Shown here: piece by piece, positions 18,744-25,932 of the stretch
Position numbering within the stretch: the stretch's first letter is position 1
How the letters are laid out: each line of letters begins with the position of its first letter
Virus record (IMG/VR): IMGVR_UViG_3300011443_000182
Location: 1-29,644 of that record
Origin: a virus
Lineage: Duplodnaviria; Caudoviricetes
Reading direction: 5' to 3' (one strand)
DNA: 29,644 bases
Translations under genes and position numbers: made by a program
Notes under the pieces: model-generated
Database searches by the model: none
What the model was told of the DNA's origin: nothing
What the model saw: only the letters and a program-made list of their open reading frames with translations

Positions 18744-19567
18744 TATCTAGCTCCCCTACGTGGTTCCAATCCATTCTCATCCATTACTACTGGTGCCTGC
18801 TGCATCTCATCCATAGGCTGTCCACCAAACATTTGAGCAGAAGGACCAATACCACGATCCATTACATCAGGTCTTTGCCCACCATATGATTCCATCATGG
18901 ACTGGAAACCATTAGATCCAGGTTGTTCACCAGTAAATGGTGGAGCCTGTAATTCTCTACCAAATGTCTGACCCATTGCACCAATTGCAGGACCAGCTTG
19001 ACTTGCACCCATTACTGCATCAGGCTTACTAGCCTGAATCTGCTGTTCATATGGAGTCTGAAGTGGCTGCAAACCTGACTGTGATCTATCTGGAGCAGTC
19101 TGACCATATCCCTGAGGAAGAGAGATGGCACCAGGTTTATCCATCCAACTCATGTCCTGACCAGCATTTATGCCAGTCTGTCTAGCATTCTGGAGCATTG
19201 GATTAGACTTCACCATTTCATCGTATGATCCACCAATAGCTCCACCTGTTGCAGCAGCTTGCGTGTTCTTCAACTGCAACATCTTCTGCTGTTGCATTGA
19301 ATTAGATCCCATTTGACCAGGTTGTGCTTGACCGAGTGCAGGACGCGCACCTGTCATTGGATTAGGTTTCATTCCCTGTGGTGGAGTTCCAATAGGAGCG
19401 CCTTGCATAGGCTGTTTCATAGAGGCAGACATAGATGGACGCTTCATCATGGGATTCTTCTGCAACATTTGTTTCTGAGCAAAAGAACCACCATTAGATC
19501 CACCTACTTGTGGTACAGCTTGTCCAATAGCTGCACCTTTCTGAGCCATCGTGTCATACATGCCCAT
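18743..19567 (-). CDS. Gln/Met/Gly/Pro low-complexity protein
   Basis: 274 aa with AGGA RBS; composition suggests disorder. Confidence 0.7.
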   Translation of the reverse strand: MGMYDTMAQKGAAIGQAVPQVGGSNGGSFAQKQMLQKNPMMKRPSMSASMKQPMQGAPIGTPPQGMKPNPMTGARPALGQAQPGQMGSNSMQQQKMLQLKNTQAAATGGAIGGSYDEMVKSNPMLQNARQTGINAGQDMSWMDKPGAISLPQGYGQTAPDRSQSGLQPLQTPYEQQIQASKPDAVMGASQAGPAIGAMGQTFGRELQAPPFTGEQPGSNGFQSMMESYGGQRPDVMDRGIGPSAQMFGGQPMDEMQQAPVVMDENGLEPRRGAR

Positions 19568-19587
19568 TGTCTTATCCTGTCTAAAAA

Positions 19588-21282
19588 TTAACGCAACCGA
19601 CCGATAACGACTTGGGCAGTATAGCCATTAGGCTGACCGCCGGTTGATCTAACGAAATCAAAACTAATCTGTTCAGACAGATCGAACTGTTTCTCTTCTG
19701 AGATAGTTCCATCCCAATGAACTAATGAGAGGAAACATGCGCGTTCACACTTCGCATAAGTGCGCCCCTGGTCTCCATAGAAGATGCCAAATATACATCC
19801 ATCATGGCTGATCCTATGGTCGAATCGAAGGGTATCTTCTGCGAGCGGACTAAATACCCGTTGTCCGGATTGACTAGAACCAAAGTGAAATACTCCGGGC
19901 CAGCCCATAATGTCGATTGGTACGATAGCTTTAACTTTGGCGACTTCATAGAAACCTGCGTAGGAATCTAGAGGAGTGTCAGACTTTACACCAGCTCCAC
20001 AGAAGTAATTGAATCCCTGATTGCACATCAATGACTGTACAGCCAACGCGCACATGTGATTAGCGTCAACATCACGCCCTTCATAACAATGTGCTGGCTT
20101 GACTGATACTTCATCTCCTGGTCCTGTAGGCTCATCCTGCCAACCATACTTAGATGGTGGATGTCCTTCCCATGGAACTGAGAAGATGTGACGAATTCTA
20201 TCATGGTCCTCATTACCACGGAAACCATGAATAGCATAGAAGTCTCCACCACACCATGCTTGAATATCTGGTGCTGATTCACTAGGAGGTGCAGTAGTGG
20301 TAACTATGATGGTCGAGCATTCCGCCGTGAATGATTCGAGTGCGTCGGAAATCTCTTCCTTGTTATTCGCACCTGTTTGCCACGCTTCATTTCCACCAAA
20401 CACATACGCGGCTGTTTGATTCGTCCTTGACTTGAGTGCGCGTCCAAGTTCTGCAAAGAAAGATCCATGAGACTGACCTGGATAGAGTTCATAGTCGCCA
20501 AGATTATAACCACCCTTCATTCCATACTTATCTAGGAGATCACCCAATCTAGAGAGCTGACCCCAGAAGTCATCCGTGTAACCAGGACCACATTCTCTAC
20601 CAGACCAATAATCACCTAGTGTACCGAGATTCATCCAAAAGTGGATGAGAGGATATCCAGCTGAACTAGCAGTAGAAACAATTGATTCAGCTTTAGCAGG
20701 ATCACGTACAAAGACTGAGAATAGATCACCTACATGGAGACCGATTGGAAGGAATGAACCAGCATCATCTGCATAACCTGCCTCGGTGATACGCAGTTGA
20801 CCCTTAATTACTGATGTACCTGGAGTAAAGATGGAGATAGGAGGATCAATAGTAAATGTCTCATATCCTCCTGGATCTGGTGAGGGCTTATCCTCAAACA
20901 TGGGCTGATCTAGAGATACGCGCCCATCTCCCCACACTTTAATGAAGTAACCCGGTCTACATACAGCTTCAAATGCTACCTTAGTTCCATTCTCTTTGAT
21001 GTGTGGAATGAATTTCTCCCACGCACCAATTTCAGTTCGATTGAATACAATGATTCCATCTCTACCCTCATTCTCACAGCATGCATAGAATCCATGACAT
21101 GACTGGATTCCATATGAGCCCGCGTCATCTGACTCGAAGACCATGAATTGTTCCCATGCTCCTGTACTATCTCTAGTAGCAGTCATGAGTCCAGTAGGTC
21201 TACCATCAATAATTTGACCTGGAAGTCCACCACCATCCTCAGCAGATGCGAACTTACCATGGTCTGATTTAAGTGTATACAT
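19588..21282 (-). CDS. Fascin-like beta-trefoil fused to a clan GH-A (GH5-like) glycoside hydrolase
   Basis: Three trefoil repeats ending GAWEQF, GAWEKF and GGYETF; TIM-barrel pattern with GGNE (acid/base), DFYAIH and WQDEP (nucleophile). Confidence 0.75.
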   Translation of the reverse strand: MYTLKSDHGKFASAEDGGGLPGQIIDGRPTGLMTATRDSTGAWEQFMVFESDDAGSYGIQSCHGFYACCENEGRDGIIVFNRTEIGAWEKFIPHIKENGTKVAFEAVCRPGYFIKVWGDGRVSLDQPMFEDKPSPDPGGYETFTIDPPISIFTPGTSVIKGQLRITEAGYADDAGSFLPIGLHVGDLFSVFVRDPAKAESIVSTASSAGYPLIHFWMNLGTLGDYWSGRECGPGYTDDFWGQLSRLGDLLDKYGMKGGYNLGDYELYPGQSHGSFFAELGRALKSRTNQTAAYVFGGNEAWQTGANNKEEISDALESFTAECSTIIVTTTAPPSESAPDIQAWCGGDFYAIHGFRGNEDHDRIRHIFSVPWEGHPPSKYGWQDEPTGPGDEVSVKPAHCYEGRDVDANHMCALAVQSLMCNQGFNYFCGAGVKSDTPLDSYAGFYEVAKVKAIVPIDIMGWPGVFHFGSSQSGQRVFSPLAEDTLRFDHRISHDGCIFGIFYGDQGRTYAKCERACFLSLVHWDGTISEEKQFDLSEQISFDFVRSTGGQPNGYTAQVVIGRLR

Positions 21283-21295
21283 ATATTTCTCTAAA

Positions 21296-21541
21296 CTAAT
21301 CTCGCTTCAAGTTAATCTGCACACCTGATGTAGCAGTACGAACGAACGTACCACTCACTAGTGCCTGTCCATTAGTGAATGTGAGAGTGATTCCTGGAAA
21401 CGTGTAAGCGAAATCATTACTCACTTCAAGAGTGGGTGTGGCATGTGTAGTGAAGACTGTGGTCTTTGCAGCTGGAAGTGCATACACTACATTAGGGAGT
21501 AGTGTAACCATCTGACCGATTGGAAGGAGTTGAGTAGGCAT
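21296..21541 (-). CDS. Small beta-rich hypothetical protein
   Basis: 81 aa with GGAGA RBS. Confidence 0.65.
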   Translation of the reverse strand: MPTQLLPIGQMVTLLPNVVYALPAAKTTVFTTHATPTLEVSNDFAYTFPGITLTFTNGQALVSGTFVRTATSGVQINLKRD

Positions 21542-21567
21542 GATATGTCTCCATAGTCCCGAAGGGA

Positions 21568-22089
21568 CTACTTCTTATCCTTGTCCCCCAACTTAGAGGA
21601 CAGTACACCAACAACAGGAGTTACAGTGAAATCAACAGGTCCAACGATAGTTCCATCTACATCTACTGTAACTGGAACCACACCTTCAGCAGCTGGTGCT
21701 GTAACTTCAGCTGTGAGAGATGTCTCTGATACAAATGTAGTGACAGCAGGTCCATTGAACTGAATGACTGATGTAGAAGTGAATCCAGTTCCTGTAACTG
21801 TTAGACTGACTGGCAAATCAACAACAGAAGTGTTAGGAGAGATACTAGAGAGGACTGGAGGTTCAGGAGCTGCACCAGTCAAAATATGCTGAAGAGCTAG
21901 ATATGCCTTCTTTGCAAAGGCTGAATCCGAGCAGCAGATTTCCAGAATCTCACGAATATACAACTCTTGTTCTTCTGTAGTCTGAAGTGATGGACTATTC
22001 TTCAATACTGGAGACCAAGGATCGAATGGTACAAATTCTTCAACTACTTCGACTTGCTTGGGCTTGATGATTACATCTTTTACGGCCAT
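21568..22089 (-). CDS. IPT/TIG (Ig-like) domain protein
   Basis: PVLSSISP...LTVTGTGFTSTSVIQFNG..VTTFVSETSLTAEV matches the IPT/TIG pattern; GGAGA RBS. Confidence 0.75.
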   Translation of the reverse strand: MAVKDVIIKPKQVEVVEEFVPFDPWSPVLKNSPSLQTTEEQELYIREILEICCSDSAFAKKAYLALQHILTGAAPEPPVLSSISPNTSVVDLPVSLTVTGTGFTSTSVIQFNGPAVTTFVSETSLTAEVTAPAAEGVVPVTVDVDGTIVGPVDFTVTPVVGVLSSKLGDKDKK

Positions 22090-22102
22090 GTTTATTCTCC
22101 AA

Positions 22103-22699
22103 TCATTCAGTTACCTGAATGAACTCGAATGATCTCTCGTCCCTGAATTGCGGAGCGTAGATCGTGAACTGTGGCTGTGTCTGACCTGAACCCTCGACCT
22201 GTTTGGGCTCAAGATTCTTAATGATGACAGACATATCTTTGGCTACGCCGGATAGTTTGTCTGCATCCATGTAATCGAGCTTTTCCTGCGTGATGGAACC
22301 AAGCGCAGCATTGAGAGTTTTAGCTGCACGCCTAGTTGCTCTTTCACGAGACTTATTGATTACTGACAGGATGGATTGCTTGGGTTGGTTGTATGAAGTA
22401 GTACTAGTCGCACCTACAGCATACGCACTTGCCGAAGACTTACTAATTCCAAACTCTTGTGCTAGATCTACAGCCGCGGAGCGCCCATTTAAGAGAGCCT
22501 CTTCGCCTATGATTGCACGGATGGAGTCTGGTACGTTTACATCTCCCTCTTTACGTCCCTTCTTTTCCTTCTGTATGATTTCAACAGATGGAGTAGGTTC
22601 AGGTGGAAGAATAGTACCAGTCACAACCAGAGGCTTAGCTGGTTTATAACTATTGAGTTCTCGTTCCAAGTCCTTGTCTGAAACGATTCCGATTGGCAT
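22103..22699 (-). CDS. terS: Probable terminase small subunit (HTH protein)
   Basis: First gene of the late operon; HTH-like AVDLAQEFGISKSSASAY, a helical hairpin and a C-terminal beta strand; assignment partly positional. Confidence 0.55.
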   Translation of the reverse strand: MPIGIVSDKDLERELNSYKPAKPLVVTGTILPPEPTPSVEIIQKEKKGRKEGDVNVPDSIRAIIGEEALLNGRSAAVDLAQEFGISKSSASAYAVGATSTTSYNQPKQSILSVINKSRERATRRAAKTLNAALGSITQEKLDYMDADKLSGVAKDMSVIIKNLEPKQVEGSGQTQPQFTIYAPQFRDERSFEFIQVTE

Positions 22700-22768
22700 A
22701 GATACACCTATCCTATAAATACCTTCGAAATTAAGATGTATAGGGATGGGCCTTTTGGGGCCAATTGT

Positions 22769-22797
22769 AAAGTAACACAGGAGGGCCGAGTTGTCAA
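22769..22797 (-). promoter_or_regulatory. Sigma70-type promoter for the late operon
   Basis: Minus strand TTGACA (22797-22792), 17-bp spacer ending TGT, TACTTT (22774-22769). Confidence 0.65.
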
Positions 22798-22815
22798 GCC
22801 CTTTAAGTCCTTCAT

Positions 22816-22828
22816 TTTCAACGGGTTA
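22816..22828 (+). promoter_or_regulatory. IHF-like binding site
   Basis: TTTCAACGGGTTA has one mismatch to WATCAANNNNTTR. Confidence 0.35.
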
Positions 22829-22960
22829 GGTCCAAGGCGAACAAAGGGTGAACTCAGTTTGAAATTTTATTTTTTCTACAGAAAATAAGGGGACTCCTAC
22901 CTTCTCTGGATATATCTATCCCAAGTCCTGCGATTGCTACGCCACCCGCTGCGCGTGCTG

Positions 22961-23019
22961 TGTCAAGCCCCAAGATACAGGGGTGTACCCGGTGGACCAC
23001 TACATCTTGTGGCTTGACA
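22961..23019. repeat. Inverted repeat with outward-facing TTGACA arms, enclosing two NrdR-box-like palindromes
   Basis: TGTCAAGCC-C-CAAGAT ... ATCTTG-T-GGCTTGACA; boxes CCCCAAGATACAGGGG (22968-22983) and CCACTACATCTTGTGG (22997-23012). Confidence 0.7.
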
Positions 23020-23082
23020 AATAAAAAAAAATATGAGTGAAAAAAATATTTCGATTTTTTCTCGTGAGAGCCAACAAAGTAG

Positions 23083-23111
23083 TTGACGCCAAACCCGCGC
23101 CGTGAGATACT
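23083..23111 (+). promoter_or_regulatory. Sigma70-type early promoter
   Basis: TTGACG, 17-bp spacer ending TGA, GATACT; upstream A/T tracts at 23019-23060. Confidence 0.6.
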
Positions 23112-23177
23112 CAGTGGGTCGGAGGTTTCACCGACACCGGCCCGGCGGACACCGGGAGCAGAGAGAGCAGAGACAAC

Positions 23178-23549
23178 ATGAAGACTGTAAAGAAGACCGG
23201 CACCTGTGGCTCGGCACGCGGACAGAACTTCAGCCCGGTTCTGGAGTTCCCCTTCGAAGTCAATCTGTATGAGAAGCCGCAGGAAGTGGCTGACGCGAAG
23301 GACGAGTTGACGCTGGCGCAGATGCTCAAGGTTCGCAACGCGGAGCGTATCACTCGCGCTCGGCAGGCGGAGCAGAACCGGATTCTGGACGAGATGGGCA
23401 TCGAGAAGCAGGACATCAACAACAACGACCAGATTCGCCTGCGCGAACTGTTCAAGGTTCTGATGTCCTCGGGCTACTACGATGAGGACACCGCACGTGA
23501 GACGGCGGCCTCGTCACTCCGCCTCAAGTGGGAAGACGACGCGGAGTAG
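23178..23549 (+). CDS. Hypothetical early protein (GC-rich gene)
   Basis: 123 aa with its own promoter, a purine-rich leader and strong G/C third-position bias. Confidence 0.75.
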   Translation: MKTVKKTGTCGSARGQNFSPVLEFPFEVNLYEKPQEVADAKDELTLAQMLKVRNAERITRARQAEQNRILDEMGIEKQDINNNDQIRLRELFKVLMSSGYYDEDTARETAASSLRLKWEDDAE

Positions 23550-23560
23550 TTAGACCAGCA

Positions 23561-23634
23561 AGGCCCGGACTCAATATCCGGGCTCACCTCCTGCCTGGCC
23601 TGGGGAGAAATCTCCGGGCCTCCCTTCCTGCCTG
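23561..23634 (+). ncRNA. Candidate tandem-hairpin RNA or atypical terminator
   Basis: Two related units of about 36 nt, each a GC hairpin followed by a C/U-rich tail. Confidence 0.4.
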
Positions 23635-23674
23635 TATCGTACATACATGTACGACTTCGTCGTCCGCGCATCTT

Positions 23675-23820
23675 CTGTGCGCGACTTCTGTGCATCCAAT
23701 TCAAATAATTGAATCTCTAGCGAGATAGGTGGACTGCTGTGCGCGTCTCTGTGCGCATGGTCATGCATAGTCATGCCTGAGAATAATTAGGCTACGCCTA
23801 TAGGATTTTTGCTGTGCGCG
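23675..23820 (+). repeat. CTGTGCGC direct repeats
   Basis: Copies at 23675, 23737, 23749 and 23812, plus CTGTGC at 23688. Confidence 0.55.
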
Positions 23821-24025
23821 GTCTCAATATACATCTCAGGATTTTTATAAGTGTGTGAGTGTGTGTGTCTCTGTATCCTACCCGATACGGCACGATTGAC
23901 CTGTTTAGGGGACACCTCGGGTAAGTAAAACAATACTAATACTTCTAATGTCTTCTTTTTTTTTTTTGAATTTTTTAGAGGTGCCAGCATTTGAATTTCG
24001 CCATTCCTGTCCTCGAAATTGGACA

Positions 24026-24054
24026 TTGACATCGTTTGGCAGGCATGATACACT
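24026..24054 (+). promoter_or_regulatory. Sigma70-type early promoter
   Basis: TTGACA, 17-bp spacer ending TGA, TACACT; upstream T tracts at about 23952-23976. Confidence 0.7.
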
Positions 24055-24127
24055 GACACACACAGGGATACACTTCGCTGGCATAGTCCTTGTGGCACCG
24101 GCTCTAGACAACTAAGGAGAGAGACAC

Positions 24128-24403
24128 ATGGCCAAGCATCCGCACAGACTCGCACTAATCAATAAGAAGACATGGAAGTGTACATTAGCTGGATGCACAT
24201 ACTTCGTTCACTTAGGCCTTACGCACTTACTTGACGGTAAGATAGCCGTATGTCCTGATTGTGATGAGATGTATTCAGTGGATAATCGTGGATTGAACTA
24301 CGCGCAATCACACGATGGAGTCCTTCGATGTCTTGAATGCAGAGGCGATGGTCATTCAGCCGATTGTAGCATCTATGAAGGTGGAGATTGCACATGCAAA
24401 TAG
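24128..24403 (+). CDS. Small multi-zinc-finger protein
   Basis: TAAGGAG RBS; HxH..Cx4C, CxxC..CxxC and Hx3Cx7CxC clusters. Confidence 0.75.
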   Translation: MAKHPHRLALINKKTWKCTLAGCTYFVHLGLTHLLDGKIAVCPDCDEMYSVDNRGLNYAQSHDGVLRCLECRGDGHSADCSIYEGGDCTCK

Positions 24404-24801
24404 ATGACATTATCTGGTGTGCAGACCTGTTCAATAGAGCAGGTCAAGTCTTTTATTACCGTCAAGAACCACATCCAAGAACACAACATGTAGCATGTGG
24501 AATGCAATGTTTTGTTCATCAGAATTTAAGTAATGTTGAAATATTGAAACGATTTCAACACATCGTAGAAATGGGTGAAATAAAGAATTATGAAAATCAA
24601 TATAGACTAGTCTTTAAGACTAAGGAAGTCAATCCATTATTTCTCATTTTGCAGCCTTATCTGGGGGAAGCAAAATTGAGTGATTTTAGATTCACTCTAC
24701 TAGCCTATGATTCTCACGATTCTAAAGCAACTAAGGATGATTGGGACAGAGTAAACGCGAAATGGGAAAAGAAACTTAATAAGGACAAAGAGACAGAATA
24801 G
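24394..24801 (+). CDS. Degenerate LAGLIDADG-fold protein (track ORF starts at TTG 24388)
   Basis: IIWCADLFNRAG resembles the LAGLIDADG helix; ILKRFQHIVEMGEI, YRLVF and ILQPYLGEAK match the rest of the fold pattern. Confidence 0.55.
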   Translation: MQIDDIIWCADLFNRAGQVFYYRQEPHPRTQHVACGMQCFVHQNLSNVEILKRFQHIVEMGEIKNYENQYRLVFKTKEVNPLFLILQPYLGEAKLSDFRFTLLAYDSHDSKATKDDWDRVNAKWEKKLNKDKETE

Positions 24802-24827
24802 AAATATCGTGTAAAAATTACTCGGAG

Positions 24828-24851
24828 GGGGTGTCAATCGGCTGACACCCC
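24828..24851. terminator. Hairpin: possible terminator or operator palindrome
   Basis: GGGGTGTCA-ATCGGC-TGACACCCC, 9-bp perfect stem; poor U-tract. Confidence 0.45.
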
Positions 24852-24914
24852 AACCCCTTGTGCTTTGTCCCATAGAGGACACAAGATTTTGTGTATAGAC
24901 ACCTGTGATATAAT
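24848..24914 (+). promoter_or_regulatory. Extended -10 promoter overlapped by tandem NrdR-box-like sites
   Basis: TG-A-TATAAT at 24906-24914; ACACAAGATTTTGTGT (24879-24894) lies over the -35 position; degenerate CCCCAACCCCTTGTGC starts 31 bp upstream. Confidence 0.6.
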
Positions 24915-25001
24915 GGACGCGGGACCAAGCCCCAGCCGGATATATCTATTTTGAAGATGTATCCAGATGCGAATCACTCGCCAATCCGAAAGGACGAGAA
25001 A

Positions 25002-25205
25002 ATGAAGAGATTCTACTGCACCATCTGCCGTCGTATCAAGCGTGTTCGTCGGCTCCCGTCAGACATCACCTCCCAGCATTCAGATGTAGTGAATGAGCGT
25101 ACTGGAACATGCGCGCGTCACTCATCCATTCCAGTTCAATCTACACCTAAGCAGGTCACTCTGAACATCCCTGTTCGCTCAACTCAGAATAAGAGGAGAG
25201 CATAA
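25002..25205 (+). CDS. Small basic zinc-finger protein (track ORF starts at TTG 24951)
   Basis: AAGGA RBS before ATG 25002; CTIC...CARH. Confidence 0.65.
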   Translation: MKRFYCTICRRIKRVRRLPSDITSQHSDVVNERTGTCARHSSIPVQSTPKQVTLNIPVRSTQNKRRA

Positions 25206-25897
25206 TGAAGCCATTTGCTGTTGGTGAGTGTGATGCGTGCCCGAAAGTAGATGTAGACCTATTCAAGGCACCGGGGTCATCTTATCAGCTTTGCCTGATG
25301 TGCTATCAGGCTGAAGTGGATGCGATGGAGTCCAGCAAGAAGATTAATGTCGTGGCTGAGTCTCTCAAGCAGATTGGGAATACTCAGCTCAAGGCAGACA
25401 TCTACAACGCTGGTACAACGAGTTTCATCGAGCTACACGCGGCTATTCAGGCTGATGATTCTATTCCTGCTGAGAAGAAGAATGAAGTGTTGGTCCAGAC
25501 AGCTGAGAAATACATCGCTCAGTTCACTGAGACTATCTTCAGTCTCAATGAGAAGAAGGTAGCAGAGGAAAATAAGCGCGCAGGATTCCGTCAGGGTACG
25601 ATGGATTACATCGCTACTCTCCGTGAGGCTGAGCGAGAGAAGTACAAGAAGTTCAACATCAGCTATACACCTGCTGTTGTTACAAAGAAGGCCATCAAGG
25701 GCGAGACTACACGCAAGCCACGCGCTAATAAGCAGAGCGTGACGGCTAACATGGCAGAGTCCAAGCGTGTTGCTGAGAAGTATGGTCTGTCATGGCTTGC
25801 GATTCATTCGTTGGTAGTGTCCAAGAACATCTCGTATGAGGACGCTGCTATCGAACTCTGCAAGATGCTCAAGAAGGACCTTCCTGTAGCTCAGTAG
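25205..25897 (+). CDS. Zinc-finger / coiled-coil hypothetical protein
   Basis: AAGAGGAG RBS; CDAC..CLMC at the N-terminus, a helical middle and a basic C-terminal part. Confidence 0.75.
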   Translation: MKPFAVGECDACPKVDVDLFKAPGSSYQLCLMCYQAEVDAMESSKKINVVAESLKQIGNTQLKADIYNAGTTSFIELHAAIQADDSIPAEKKNEVLVQTAEKYIAQFTETIFSLNEKKVAEENKRAGFRQGTMDYIATLREAEREKYKKFNISYTPAVVTKKAIKGETTRKPRANKQSVTANMAESKRVAEKYGLSWLAIHSLVVSKNISYEDAAIELCKMLKKDLPVAQ

Positions 25898-25932
25898 TTT
25901 CACACTGTATCGCACATCCGCAAGGACGATAT

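Noticed and set aside
23014-23045. TTGACA at 23014 (and its mirror at 22966-22961) as promoters
   Set aside because: No acceptable -10 hexamer at 16-18 bp spacing; treated as parts of the inverted repeat.
23477-24155. Several short ORFs in the early intergenic region
   Set aside because: They cross repeats, homopolymer runs and a promoter and lack RBSs; a non-coding reading fits better.
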